Shown here: positions 18,422 through 29,263 of the stretch, piece by piece
Layout of the letters: every line of letters starts with the position of its first letter
How positions within the stretch are numbered: position 1 is the first letter of the stretch
Source of the DNA: Smithellaceae bacterium
Lineage (GTDB): Bacteria; Desulfobacterota; Syntrophia; Syntrophales; Smithellaceae
NCBI GenBank assembly: GCA_963667845.2
Contig: CAXXVL010000002.1
Span: forward strand, 1 to 64,000
DNA length: 64,000 bases
Reading direction: 5' to 3'
The notes under the pieces: model-generated
Databases searched by the model: none
Seen by the model: only the letters and a program-made list of their open reading frames with translations
Told to the model about the DNA's origin: nothing
Program-made: the position numbers and the translations under genes

Positions 18422-20815
18422 ATGACATTTCCGCGCAACCAGCATCTGGTCTTCATGCCCGGGCTCGATGGCACGGGAAAATCTTTCGAGCCTCTCCTCC
18501 CGTTTATTGCGGCAGATAACCTCGTCACGATTGTCAGCTATCCTGCGGACCGGATCCTGTCGTTTGAGGAAACCGTGGAAAGCGCCGCCGGGCAGATCCC
18601 AGCAGGCCGCCCTCCCGTGGTCATTGCGGAATCCTTTTCCGGTCCTGTTGCCGTAAGGATGATCGCCTCGGGCCGGGTGGAAGCGCGGGCGCTTGTTTTG
18701 TGCGCAACGTTTGCCCGCCCGCCCCATCCGTTTGTCTGGCGCGTCGTCCACTACCTGAGGCTACCGCTATTCATCCAGCCGCTGATGTCCAAATCATTTT
18801 TCAACTACGTCATGGGCAACCCCAAGCAGGCTGCTGCCCTTTTGCCCTTATGGAAAAAAGTGCACGCCGATGTTCCTGCGCACGTCCTGACGTCCCGCCT
18901 CGCTCTCGTCAATCACGTGGATGTAACGCGGGACCTGCGGAAGCTGGACATCCCGTGCTTGTACCTTCAGGCCACGGATGACCGCATCGTGCCGGCCGGC
19001 TGTCTCAGCGTCTTTGAGCGCAACGTTGCGCAGCTCAGCGTCAAAAAAATAAAAGCTCCTCATTTCATTCTGCAGTCCGATCCGGAGAACTGCCTTGCAG
19101 CGATTGATGAATTCCTGGACCGCATCGCTTCCCTGCCTCCCGCGGAAACGACAGCGACATTAAAACAGCGGATTGCGGACTTGCAGAAAAGCGAGGCTTT
19201 CTTCCGGACGATCAATCAGGACTCCTCGGACATCACCATTATCGTCGACTCCGAAGCGATCATCACTTATGTCAATTCCACGATTGAAAAATTCCTCGGA
19301 TACAAGCCGGAAGAGCTCATGGGCAAAAGGGTCTTTGATTATATTATCGCCGACGATCTTCCGCGGGCGCTCCTGGAGTTCGGCCAATCCATATTGACCC
19401 GGGAAATTAAGATTACCGACGTATTCAAGGTCCGGCACAAAGACGGTTCTATCCATGTTCTGGAAGGTGTCGGCACCAATCTTCTGTATAATCCTATCGT
19501 GAAAGGGTTTGTGATGAACGTTCGCGACATCACCGACCGGCGCAAAATAGAAGAGGAGCTGGAAGTCTACCGCAAACGCCTGGAAGACCTGGTCCAGAAG
19601 CGCACGGCGGCCCTTTCCCTGATGAATGCCCAGCTTCTGGAGCAGCTCGCGGAGCGCGAGGAAATGCAGAAAGCCCTGAAAGCCAGCGAAGAAAAATACC
19701 GCGACTTTATCGATAATGCGCCCATCGGCGTCGCCATCATCGATCTCACGGGAAAAATCCAATACCTCAATAAAAAGATCGAGCAGATCATGGGGTGGTC
19801 ACGTGATGAAATCATCGGCAGAAACGGGTTTCGCCTCGAAGTTTTTGACGAGCAGGCGCGACAGTCGATGTTGGAAAGGTTTAACGCGCGGGTTAAAGGC
19901 GATCATCCTCAGATATTTGAAATGCCGATAAAAGCGAGGATGGGCAAGAGCATCTGGGTTGAGGTCATCACCACCATTTTGAAGAAGGATGGAGCCCCGG
20001 TGGGCGCACAAATGGTTTTCGTCAACCTGGAAGAACGAAAGCGAGCGGAGGAAGAGCGCAAGGCTCTGATCGAGCGGCTGCATCAGGCTGAAAAGATGGA
20101 ATCCCTGGGTACCATGGCCGGCGGCATCGCACACGAGTTGAATAATGTCTTAAGTGTTCTGATCGGCTATACCGAACTGGTGCTCATCAAAGCGGCCGAG
20201 AATGATCCCCTCAGGAAACACTTGAACGGCATCATGAAATCCAGTGAAAAAGCGACGGCCATCATCCACGATATGCTGACACTTGCCAGACGCAGCGTGG
20301 CCGTATCGGATACCATCAATATCAACCGGATACTGGCGGATTATTTTCAGGCGGCGGAATATAAACGGCTCGGGGCCGCACATCCCCGGATGACCTTTAA
20401 ACGGGAACTCACCGCAGATTTACCTGATATTCAGGGATCGCCGGCAAATCTGAAGAAGGCCTTCATCAACCTCATCGAAAGCGCCGTCGAATCTGCCGGC
20501 GAGGAGGGCGAGATCACGGTCGGCACCGGTCACACCTATCTTGACCGGCCTCTTCCCGGTTACAGAGACGTCCGTGAAGGCAAGTATGTCATCCTCTCGA
20601 TCGGAGACAATGGTCAGGGCGTCAGCCCTGTTGATACCAAGAAAATATTTGAACCTTTTTACACGAAGAAAGTCATGGGCAGAGGCGGCACGGGACTGGA
20701 ACTCGCCGTCGTCTGGGGAATTGTCCGGGAGCACGAAGGATACATCGATTTACAGAGCGAGCCCGGGAAAGGAAGCATGTTCACGGTCTACCTTCCGGTC
20801 ATCAAAGATAAATAA
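18422..20815 (+). CDS. Alpha/beta-hydrolase fused to PAS-PAS sensor histidine kinase
   Basis: PGLDGTG, AESFSG, DDRIV, APHF; two PAS domains (DITDR, NLEER); H-box AHELNN; DNGQG, FEPFYTKK. Confidence 0.88.
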   Translation: MTFPRNQHLVFMPGLDGTGKSFEPLLPFIAADNLVTIVSYPADRILSFEETVESAAGQIPAGRPPVVIAESFSGPVAVRMIASGRVEARALVLCATFARPPHPFVWRVVHYLRLPLFIQPLMSKSFFNYVMGNPKQAAALLPLWKKVHADVPAHVLTSRLALVNHVDVTRDLRKLDIPCLYLQATDDRIVPAGCLSVFERNVAQLSVKKIKAPHFILQSDPENCLAAIDEFLDRIASLPPAETTATLKQRIADLQKSEAFFRTINQDSSDITIIVDSEAIITYVNSTIEKFLGYKPEELMGKRVFDYIIADDLPRALLEFGQSILTREIKITDVFKVRHKDGSIHVLEGVGTNLLYNPIVKGFVMNVRDITDRRKIEEELEVYRKRLEDLVQKRTAALSLMNAQLLEQLAEREEMQKALKASEEKYRDFIDNAPIGVAIIDLTGKIQYLNKKIEQIMGWSRDEIIGRNGFRLEVFDEQARQSMLERFNARVKGDHPQIFEMPIKARMGKSIWVEVITTILKKDGAPVGAQMVFVNLEERKRAEEERKALIERLHQAEKMESLGTMAGGIAHELNNVLSVLIGYTELVLIKAAENDPLRKHLNGIMKSSEKATAIIHDMLTLARRSVAVSDTININRILADYFQAAEYKRLGAAHPRMTFKRELTADLPDIQGSPANLKKAFINLIESAVESAGEEGEITVGTGHTYLDRPLPGYRDVREGKYVILSIGDNGQGVSPVDTKKIFEPFYTKKVMGRGGTGLELAVVWGIVREHEGYIDLQSEPGKGSMFTVYLPVIKDK

Positions 20816-21059
20816 ACAGTATCCGATACCTTCCCGGTCTTTGCATCATCGCAATTGACAGCTTCAGGCCCGCCCGCAACACAGCTTTCCTCGCCGCATC
20901 CTTCAGCTATTTTCATTTCACCGGAATGACGCGAACCCCCAGGAGCACGTTTCACCATAATCCATCGGATATGATTTGGCTGCGTCGAATCTTCCCTTCC
21001 TGAATGTATGGTGGAATCGTTCTTAATTACTTCCATGGGAACCGGGGCTGATTCCTTCT

Positions 21060-21386
21060 CTATCTTTCCCTGAACTGCGGACACAACTCGGATGATCCGG
21101 CCAGGTACTTGCGGCACGTGGCGGGCCTCGTTTCGTAAATTCCACAGCCGAATTCTTTCCCGTCAAACGCAAAAAAGGGGCAGCCGTGCAAAGGATTGCC
21201 CGAGTCGGCGGAAACCAGATGGTCTCCCTCCCAGATACCGTGTTCCTTTTTGAGAATATACAGGATATCGTCCCGGCCTTCGGCCTTCCAGCGCCGGATA
21301 TCCTCATCCGTCACGTAGGCTGCAAAATCTGCCAGGCAGCAGCGCCCGCAGCGACGGCATTCTTTGGTTCTATTATTATCTCGCAT
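21060..21386 (-). CDS. YkgJ-family (CxxCxxCC) cysteine-cluster protein
   Basis: CRRCGRCC, CPFF, CGIYETRPATCRKY. Confidence 0.85.
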   Translation of the reverse strand: MRDNNRTKECRRCGRCCLADFAAYVTDEDIRRWKAEGRDDILYILKKEHGIWEGDHLVSADSGNPLHGCPFFAFDGKEFGCGIYETRPATCRKYLAGSSELCPQFRER

Positions 21387-21458
21387 GGATCGCTGTTTTT
21401 TCAGCGCCGACACGTCAGCCGCTTTTTCACACCCCTGATCGCGGCGACCGGCCGGCCG

Positions 21459-21695
21459 TTACTTATCGAACGGGTTGTATCCCGGTTTCTTGTAAAGTTT
21501 CTCCTGCTGATCCAGGATATCCGGTTTGTAGACCTTCTGTGGCCAATCTTCCGGCTTGATCTCCTCGATGGCGACTGAAACCGCCTTTTCAGCGCAGGCG
21601 GCAATCGACATCACATCCATGGCTATGGCTTCGGCCAGTTCCGTCTTCTGCGCTTCCGATCGTCCGGGGTGGAGCTTAACGATAATATGGGGCAT
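21459..21695 (-). CDS. 4-oxalocrotonate tautomerase-family protein
   Basis: N-terminal MPHIIVKL.PGRSEAQK; AAAGGAGG RBS. Confidence 0.88.
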   Translation of the reverse strand: MPHIIVKLHPGRSEAQKTELAEAIAMDVMSIAACAEKAVSVAIEEIKPEDWPQKVYKPDILDQQEKLYKKPGYNPFDK

Positions 21696-21705
21696 GATAT
21701 CCTCC

Positions 21706-21806
21706 TTTAATCCCGCTTAAGCGGGACGAGCGTTAATTCCCTGTCGCTTGCTGCGATATAATGACGTTCATTTCATGCCTCGACAGCTTGCGGTGAGGTC
21801 GTTGAT
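21706..21806 (-). repeat. ~100-bp three-hairpin dispersed element, copy B
   Basis: Reverse-complement match to copy A; abuts the tautomerase RBS. Confidence 0.9.
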
Positions 21807-21949
21807 TTAATTCCCTATCCTGATGCGGATCAAAATGGCTCTCGGATTGCCGCGGCCCGTGCAATCATCGTCAAATCGCAAGACGTATTTTAGAAACCCG
21901 AAATAAAGGCATGCGCTTCATCACAAGCGCCCGGCCCTTTGCACAGTCC

Positions 21950-22438
21950 TCACTTGGTCTCCCGGGAATGTTGCGATAGCCGATCGAGTTTCTCTGTAAG
22001 CTCGCGGAGGAAAGGCGCCTGACCCGGGAGTATCTTGCGCGTCGCGGCCGCAACCGTCAGCCAGACCAACCGGTCCACCTCGGGAAACTCCCGCATCCGT
22101 CCGGACCCGGGGGGCCATTCCAGGGAAAACATGTTGCTCCTAAGAGACGCCGGATCGAGATCTCCTTTAACCGCCCAGGCGAAAACGACTTTGCCGCTTT
22201 GCTGACGAAGAGGTGTAAGAGGGATAAAATCACCGCGAGGCGCCATGCCGGTTTCTTCTTCGAACTCCCGTCCGGCCGCCGCCAGGGGATCCTCAGTATC
22301 CTCGAATTCGCCCTTGGGAATCGACCAGACGCCTTCATCCTTCTTCGCCCAAAACGGCCCGCCCGGATGAGCCAGTAATACCTCCAGACCTCCGGCGCCG
22401 CCGCGGTACATCAGCAAGCCTGCACTCTTTTTGGACAT
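21950..22438 (-). CDS. NUDIX hydrolase
   Basis: HPGGPFW, WSIPKGE...AAAGREFEEETG, FPEVDR. Confidence 0.9.
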   Translation of the reverse strand: MSKKSAGLLMYRGGAGGLEVLLAHPGGPFWAKKDEGVWSIPKGEFEDTEDPLAAAGREFEEETGMAPRGDFIPLTPLRQQSGKVVFAWAVKGDLDPASLRSNMFSLEWPPGSGRMREFPEVDRLVWLTVAAATRKILPGQAPFLRELTEKLDRLSQHSRETK

Positions 22439-22495
22439 ACGTGGAACCTTTTTCACCTGTATGGGCGAGAGTGCCGTGCGGCCGGACACCTGATC

Positions 22496-24229
22496 CTAAT
22501 AACGCCGCCCCTGCCCTTCTTTTTTCCTGCGCTTGTTGAAGAAGAAAGATTCGCGGGTTTTGGCGCCGCCGGCGTAACGCTTGCCCTGGAAGCTTCCGCG
22601 ACCTCCCCTGTCGGCGTAATCGATTCTTACCCGCCGCTTGGAATACTTTTCGTTGCCCAATCGGGCAATCACGGCTTCGGCAAACTGTGGCTCCACTTCA
22701 AAATAGGAATTGCAGAGCTCCACATCCACATTGACGATGCGCAGATGGGAAATGTTGGCCGCCTCCGTGAGATACGCCGTGAGCTTTTTGGCGTTGAATT
22801 TTTCCATCTTTCCCAGGTTGACCGACAGACGCACCAAGCCGCCGGGCGCATGCTTGGCGTGAGCAGGCGCCGCCTTCCCTTCTTTCTTCTGCGATACATT
22901 GATATCAGCGGCGTCGCGGTAATAACTCAAAAACCGGTTGAATTCCTGCGAGACAAACCGCGCGATGATATCTTCCTTGCTCAGGTCTTCAAGCCTGGCC
23001 ACGGCAGCGGGCAGAAACGGGTCAATATCCGCGTGTTGAACCTCCGTATTTTTGAGTTTCTCTACCAGGTGAAGCAGCTGCTTTTCACAAACTTCCGCCC
23101 CGGTGGGAATTTTAGCCTGCTGAAATTTTTTGCCGATCTGTTTTTCGATCTGGCCGATGCGGAATACTTCCTTGATATTGACGATGACAATCGAGACGCC
23201 TGATTTGCCTGCACGTCCGGTACGGCCGCTGCGGTGGGTGTAATCTTCAATATCGTCGGGCAAATTATAATTGATGATATGGGTCAGATCAACAACATCG
23301 ATCCCGCGGGCGGCGACGCCGGTGGCCACCAGCATCTGCAGATTCCGGGACCGGAAACGATTCATAACGGAATCGCGCTGCGCCTGCGACAGATCGCCGT
23401 GCAGGGCGTCGGCGTTATAGCCGTCTTTCATGAGCATATCGGCGACTTCCTGCGTCTCCGTGCGCGTGCGGCAGAAAATAATCGCATAAATGTCGGGGTA
23501 AAAATCGGCGATGCGCTTCAGTGCCAGATAGCGGTCTTTGGCATGCACCACATAATATTGATGAGAGACGTTTTCGGCGCCGGTGTTACGCGCACCGACG
23601 GTGATTTCCATCGGTTTCTTCATATAACTGTGGGCAATGGCCTCAATGCCGCGCGGCATGGTGGCGGAAAAGAGGAGCACCCGTTTATCTTCGGGCGTTG
23701 AGGCCAGTACGCCGTTGAGCTCTTCCTTGAATCCCATGTTCAGCATTTCGTCCGCTTCATCAAGCACCAGCCATTGGATGGCGGAGACGTTCACTTTTTT
23801 CCGGTTGAGCATATCGAGCATCCGGCCCGGAGTCGCCACTACAATCTGCGCCCCGGCGGCTACCTGGTGAATCTGGGTTACGATATTGGCACCGCCGTAA
23901 ATCGGCACGATGTTTAATTTATCGATATATTTTCCCATGTTGGTCAAGTCGTCCGTGATTTGAAGGCAAAGCTCTCTCGTGGGAGCCAGAATCAGCGCCT
24001 GGGTTTTCTTGGAAGCCGTATCGATCTGCTGAATAATCGGGATGCCGAAGGCCGCGGTCTTGCCTGTTCCGGTATGGGCCAGGGCAACGAGGTCCCTGGT
24101 CTGGTGCAGCAAGAACGGGATGACCTGCTCTTGCACCGGCATCGGCGTTTCGAATCCCATCTCGCCGATAGCTTTCAATATTCTTTTATCGATCTCCGAT
24201 TCGCTGAATGTTGTCATTTTTGTTGTCAT
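22496..24229 (-). CDS. DEAD-box RNA helicase (DeaD/CsdA-like, DbpA-type C-terminal domain)
   Basis: TGTGKT, PTREL, DEADEM, SAT, ARGID, HRSGRTGRAG. Confidence 0.93.
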   Translation of the reverse strand: MTTKMTTFSESEIDKRILKAIGEMGFETPMPVQEQVIPFLLHQTRDLVALAHTGTGKTAAFGIPIIQQIDTASKKTQALILAPTRELCLQITDDLTNMGKYIDKLNIVPIYGGANIVTQIHQVAAGAQIVVATPGRMLDMLNRKKVNVSAIQWLVLDEADEMLNMGFKEELNGVLASTPEDKRVLLFSATMPRGIEAIAHSYMKKPMEITVGARNTGAENVSHQYYVVHAKDRYLALKRIADFYPDIYAIIFCRTRTETQEVADMLMKDGYNADALHGDLSQAQRDSVMNRFRSRNLQMLVATGVAARGIDVVDLTHIINYNLPDDIEDYTHRSGRTGRAGKSGVSIVIVNIKEVFRIGQIEKQIGKKFQQAKIPTGAEVCEKQLLHLVEKLKNTEVQHADIDPFLPAAVARLEDLSKEDIIARFVSQEFNRFLSYYRDAADINVSQKKEGKAAPAHAKHAPGGLVRLSVNLGKMEKFNAKKLTAYLTEAANISHLRIVNVDVELCNSYFEVEPQFAEAVIARLGNEKYSKRRVRIDYADRGGRGSFQGKRYAGGAKTRESFFFNKRRKKEGQGRRY

Positions 24230-24544
24230 TTCTTTGTCCTGTCCTTTTTTGTTTAAGTACATTGAATCGACGAATTGCACAAGGAAGATTTCCAGGACAG
24301 CGAGACGGAAGCAAATGGTCGCGAACCATTAAATCAAGCAATATCAGGCGAATATGGCCTTCCCGGGAAGGGCTTGCCGGAAGACCGCAGCGTTGGGCCG
24401 AGCCCTTAATTTCCGGGCTCCCGGGCATGAATATCCATTCAGGTAAACGCCTCATTCAGGACGAATGGAAATTCATGCCCGATTGCGCAGATTGGCAGGG
24501 ACCGGCATCACAGGCCCGATCCCTGCTCGGTTAATTGAGTCTTT

Positions 24545-25030
24545 TTATTTGTGCGCTTTGGCGATTTCTTCATCACGCAATATCTTTCTCAGAATCTTGC
24601 CGACCGCCGATTTCGGCAGCTCCGTGCGAAATTCGATGAGCTTCGGGACTTTATAAGGTGCCAGCTTCGTTTTGCAGAAGTCGATAATTTCTTTATCTGT
24701 CGCGGTTTGGCCAGGTTTGAGAACAATGAACGCCTTGACGGTTTCTCCCCGGTAAGCATCGGGAACGCCTGCCGACACAGCCTCGGCAATTTTGGGATGC
24801 TGATAAAGGACCTCATCCACTTCCCGGGGATAAATATTAAATCCGCCGGCGATAATCATATCTTTCTTGCGGTCGACAATGTAAATATAACCTTCCTCGT
24901 CCATCTGACCGATATCACCGGTGCTGAGCCAGCCGCCCCTGATCTGATCGGCCGTCTCTTTCGGGTTATTCCAGTAACCCTGCATGACCGAAGGACCCTT
25001 GATCAGTATTTCTCCGGGCTCGCCGAGCGA
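24545..25030 (-). pseudogene. C-terminal fragment of a long-chain acyl-CoA ligase
   Basis: [38 protein letters not shown] present; N-terminal part including the AMP-binding P-loop absent. Confidence 0.75.
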
Positions 25031-25370
25031 TACGGTGGAACCGCCCGCAGCCCGGGCTTTTTGCCGATGTCGATCGGGAAAGTACAATCAAAAGTGTTTT
25101 TCAGTAATTTCAGGCTGGGTGAAATGACGACAACCCGAAAAGCATTCGCCAGGAGTCTTCAGTTGATGAAATTTGTGAAATATGAGAGATTGCAGACGCG
25201 GATCATGAATCGGGTCTTATGAAGCAAACCCGGAAGAGCGGCGATGCCCGGGCGCCTTGTCCCGGCGTAAACTTTTCGTGAGGCAAAACAAAATACTTCG
25301 TCCGCAAGCAGAAATAAAAATCAAGAGAAGGCACGGGCGGCCGCGCCATTGCCTATAAGGAGGGATTTCA

Positions 25371-26186
25371 ATGTCACATCAAGCACGTCTTCAAAATAAA
25401 GTCGCCATCATCACCGGCTCATCGCGGGGCGTGGGCGCCGCAATCGCAAAATTGCTTGCCCAAAACAACTACCATGTCGTGATCAATTACTCAAAAAGCG
25501 AAAAAGAGGCTCTGGATATTCAGGCGGCGTGTGAAGCCTCGGGCGCCGAAACGCTGCTTTGCCGCGCCAATGTTGCGGAAGATGCGGATTGCCGGCGCAT
25601 GGTTCAAGAAACCATAACCCGATGGGGACGCATCGATGCCCTGGTGAACAACGCCGGAACAACGAAATTCTGCGCTCATGACGATCTCGAAGGCCTGGTG
25701 AAGGAAGATTTCTTGAACATCTACAACGTGAACCTTGTAGGACCTTATCAGATGATCAGGGCAGTCGCCCCGCATATGAAAAAAATCGGGAAAGGCGCTA
25801 TTGTCAATATCGCCTCGACCGCCGGAATCAACGGCAACGGGAGTTGCGTGGCCTATTGCGCATCCAAGGGAGCACTCATCACCATGACGAAATCGCTTGC
25901 CCGCGCTCTGGGACCTGAAATACGGATCAACGCCGTTTGCCCCGGATTCATTCAGGGAGAATGGCTCCAGGGCGGCATGGGCCGTGAAAATTATGACGCG
26001 CTGAAAAATTACCTGGAGGCGGCCAATCCGCTCCGGACGACCGCCACTCCGGAAACGATCGCGCCGACGGTTCTTTTCTTCTTGCGGGATGCTACTCTGG
26101 TGACGGGCGAGACATTGGTGCTCGACAGCGGCGCTCACCTTGGAGCAAAGATCTCGGTCAGTCCCCGCAAAGTTGCCAGGGATTGA
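25371..26186 (+). CDS. Short-chain dehydrogenase/reductase
   Basis: TGSSRGVG, NNAG, YCASK. Confidence 0.92.
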   Translation: MSHQARLQNKVAIITGSSRGVGAAIAKLLAQNNYHVVINYSKSEKEALDIQAACEASGAETLLCRANVAEDADCRRMVQETITRWGRIDALVNNAGTTKFCAHDDLEGLVKEDFLNIYNVNLVGPYQMIRAVAPHMKKIGKGAIVNIASTAGINGNGSCVAYCASKGALITMTKSLARALGPEIRINAVCPGFIQGEWLQGGMGRENYDALKNYLEAANPLRTTATPETIAPTVLFFLRDATLVTGETLVLDSGAHLGAKISVSPRKVARD

Positions 26187-26227
26187 TGTGCTTTGATTGT
26201 CCGGCCCCGGCTATGGAAATGATCCGA

Positions 26228-26268
26228 AATAAAAAGACCCGGCGATAAATTCGCCGGGTCTTTTTATT
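26228..26268. terminator. Bidirectional intrinsic terminator
   Basis: AATAAAAAGACCCGGCGA-TAAAT-TCGCCGGGTCTTTTTATT perfect 18-bp inverted repeat. Confidence 0.85.
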
Positions 26269-26513
26269 CGCAGGACGACCCATCCTGAGCCATCGTTATC
26301 CTGGACTGATTGCGCAGTTCTTCGCACAAAATTTGCCGGGATTGGACGCATCTTTGAGCGCCGGCCCGATGCAGAATCCTCGGCGCGCACTGCAGTTTGA
26401 TTCAGACCTCAGCAATCTTCCGAAATTAAATATTTGACCTCAGGTGCCTGCTCATGCTTACTATCTGCCCCGTCATGACCGGAAAAGGGTCATCTACAGG
26501 GAGGGAATCGTCA

Positions 26514-27311
26514 ATGATAGGAATAGATATGACCGGCAAAGTGACTCTGGTTACCGGCGCCGGTGGAGGAATCGGCGGAGGCATAGCCGAAATTTTTGCT
26601 AAAGCCGGTTCCAAGGTTTATGTTGCGGACATGGAATTGGAAGACGCCGAAGCGAGGGCATCTGAGATCACAGCGGCCGGGCTCCTCGCTTGCGCCGTCG
26701 GGCTTGACGTTACGAAAAAGGCTGAAATTAACGCGCTGGTCGACAGGATTATAAAAGAGAGCGGCAGGATTGATCATCTCGTCAACTGTGCCGGCATCGC
26801 TTATAATAAACCCTATATGGAATCCACGGATGATGAGTTCAGAAAAACGCTGGAAGTCAATCTCGTCGGCGTCAATGATTGCTGTCAGGCCGTTCTCAAG
26901 CAGATGATCCCCCGCAAGGAGGGAAAGATCGTGAACATCCTGTCGGCGTCATCAAGAATGGGGAGCGACTTCTTTTCCCATTATTCGGCGTCGAAATTCG
27001 GCGCGATGGGACTGACCCAGAGCATCGGAATGGCGATGGCCAAACATAACATCAACGTGAACGGCATCTGCCCCGGGATCATCGAAACCAGAATCGGCGA
27101 GAAACAGGGCGGGGGCATGCTCAAACAGATGGCCAAATACTCGGGGAGACAAGAAGAGCATTTAAAGGAGAATATCCGGAAAAGCATTCCCCTGAGGCGT
27201 TTTCAGACGGGTGAAGACATCGGCCACATGGCGCTGTTTCTCTGCTCCGACCTGGCGAAAAACATCACCTGCCAGGCCATCAACGTCTGCGGCGGGATGA
27301 GGATGAACTAA
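26514..27311 (+). CDS. Short-chain dehydrogenase/reductase
   Basis: TGAGGGIG, NCAG, YSASK. Confidence 0.92.
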   Translation: MIGIDMTGKVTLVTGAGGGIGGGIAEIFAKAGSKVYVADMELEDAEARASEITAAGLLACAVGLDVTKKAEINALVDRIIKESGRIDHLVNCAGIAYNKPYMESTDDEFRKTLEVNLVGVNDCCQAVLKQMIPRKEGKIVNILSASSRMGSDFFSHYSASKFGAMGLTQSIGMAMAKHNINVNGICPGIIETRIGEKQGGGMLKQMAKYSGRQEEHLKENIRKSIPLRRFQTGEDIGHMALFLCSDLAKNITCQAINVCGGMRMN

Positions 27312-27381
27312 AGAAACGATCTCCTCTTTCTCACGCCTGCCTCCATACGTGCTTATTGGGCATAACATGTTGGGGCATTGA

Positions 27382-27885
27382 TTAACGATAATATCCCGTG
27401 CCGATAACCCAGCCGAAAGGTTCAAACAACTTCACGTACGATCGCTTGGGGTGCAGGGCGGTTTGCCCCTGTTTTGCAAACTGGTAGTCGACATAGCCGC
27501 CGGCTTTTCCTTTGGCCAAAAATTCTTTCACGTAGTACACACCCCTGGCGTCTTTGTCGTTGATCCGGTTTCTTCCTTCCGTATCCTTGCGGCCGTAAAG
27601 AACCACGTTGACGCCTTCTTTGGTATCGGCCCAGAAATAGCCGTCCGTCCCGTAGCGCATTTCTCTCAGCAGATCCGCACCCAGCGCTTTGGCTTTCTCG
27701 ATCGTCATTTCACCCTTCTTGTGCTTGGCATAGACAGCCCCCAGCACGCTGACCGCGGTTTCCACTTCGCTTTTAATCAGCAGATCCTGGGCCGCAGCGT
27801 TCGTCGCCTGCGTTTCGGCCCCGGAAGACAGACAAAATACTGCAGTTAATAAACCAATCAAGACAACAATTCGTACCTTTTTCAT
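27382..27885 (-). CDS. Stand-alone exported Cache-domain protein
   Basis: Signal peptide; RYG.DGYFW, DARG, GGYVDYQF.K, KRSYV.LFEPFGWVIGTG. Confidence 0.82.
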   Translation of the reverse strand: MKKVRIVVLIGLLTAVFCLSSGAETQATNAAAQDLLIKSEVETAVSVLGAVYAKHKKGEMTIEKAKALGADLLREMRYGTDGYFWADTKEGVNVVLYGRKDTEGRNRINDKDARGVYYVKEFLAKGKAGGYVDYQFAKQGQTALHPKRSYVKLFEPFGWVIGTGYYR

Positions 27886-27948
27886 ATTTCTTTTCCCTTC
27901 TTTCGTATGAATCATCAATAGTTTGGCGGATCGTTCGGGGGACGATCC

Positions 27949-29046
27949 CTACGCGCGGTTCTTTTTTCTTTCCTCGCCCATGCCATTTGCAGCGAGCATC
28001 GCATTCAGGACTTTTTCCGGCGTAATTTCTCCGGCCTCGTGATGGATGCATTCGCCGGGCGCGCAGGCCTTTTGGGCCACCGCCATCATTTTATCCCGAT
28101 CAATGTCAGCAATGCCGATATCGGCAAGCGTCGTCGGCAGGCCGACGGCTTCGCAAAACGTGTAAACGGTCCGGGTTTCTTCGCCAGAGGCATCGGCAAG
28201 CGCAAGCCCGGTCAACACGCCAAACGCGACTTTCTCGCCGTGATAGAAACTGTGGGTTTCGAAAAGTGCCGTAAGGCCGTTGTGGACGGAGTGGGCGGTG
28301 GCCAGCCCCCCGCTTTCAAACCCCAGGCCGGAAAGCAGAATGTTCGCCTCGATGATGTGGCCGAGCGCCGGCGTGACAAGGTGCCGTTCGACTGCGATCT
28401 TCGCGGCCTCGCCGTGCTGGAGGAGGGTATCATAGCAAAGCCTTGCGAGATGCAGGCCGGCCCTCGTGCTCAAGCCTCCGCAGGCGTTTCCCGATTGCGT
28501 GCGGTCGCAGGACCGGGCTTCAAACCAGGTCGCCAGAGCATCGCCCATCCCGGCAATCAAAAAGCGCGCCGGAGCATCGGCGATAACCTTCGTGTCTACC
28601 AGCACGATCTGGGGATTCATTTTCTGATAGAGGACCGAGTCAAATTCGCCTGTTTTCGTGTAGACAACGGCGCAGCCGCTGCAGGGCGCATCGGTCGACG
28701 CGATGGTCGGAACAACAATGACCGGAAGACCGGCCCGGTCCGCGGCAATCTTGGCCGTGTCAATGGCTTTACCGCCGCCCATACCGACGATGACATCCGC
28801 CTTCCCGATGGCGATCAGGTCTGCCACCCGGTTCAATTCTTTTTCACAGCACTCTCCGGAAAACTGTTCGACTGTAATTGCGCCGGCTTTTAATTCGGCG
28901 GCCATACCGACCAGTATTTTTTCTTTTGCCGATCGTGATGCGATGATCAGCCCTTTCTTACCCAAGAAGCGGACCCAGCCCGGCAGCTCGCTTAAGACTC
29001 CTTCACCCTGGATGTATTTTCCGGGAAAAACCGCTTTCAAGACCAT
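27949..29046 (-). CDS. gldA: Glycerol dehydrogenase
   Basis: PGKYIQG, GGGKAIDTAK, PTIASTDAPCS, GMGDALATWFEA, HGEKVAFG. Confidence 0.9.
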   Translation of the reverse strand: MVLKAVFPGKYIQGEGVLSELPGWVRFLGKKGLIIASRSAKEKILVGMAAELKAGAITVEQFSGECCEKELNRVADLIAIGKADVIVGMGGGKAIDTAKIAADRAGLPVIVVPTIASTDAPCSGCAVVYTKTGEFDSVLYQKMNPQIVLVDTKVIADAPARFLIAGMGDALATWFEARSCDRTQSGNACGGLSTRAGLHLARLCYDTLLQHGEAAKIAVERHLVTPALGHIIEANILLSGLGFESGGLATAHSVHNGLTALFETHSFYHGEKVAFGVLTGLALADASGEETRTVYTFCEAVGLPTTLADIGIADIDRDKMMAVAQKACAPGECIHHEAGEITPEKVLNAMLAANGMGEERKKNRA

Positions 29047-29263
29047 GCGCATCCTCCTGTTTCTGTAAGGTCAATGAGTGGCTGCAGAAACAACGCTATT
29101 CTGCATTCGCCTCTTTCGCGCCGCAGGCACCGCGCAGGCGGCGGATCGAGTGTCGGCTGCGCGTTCATTTTTGTACACTCTTCGCCGCTGAAAATCAAAT
29201 AATGATGATTGTATGCGGCGACAATTTGTGGTTATGAATGAGTATGCCATACAGGACAATATC

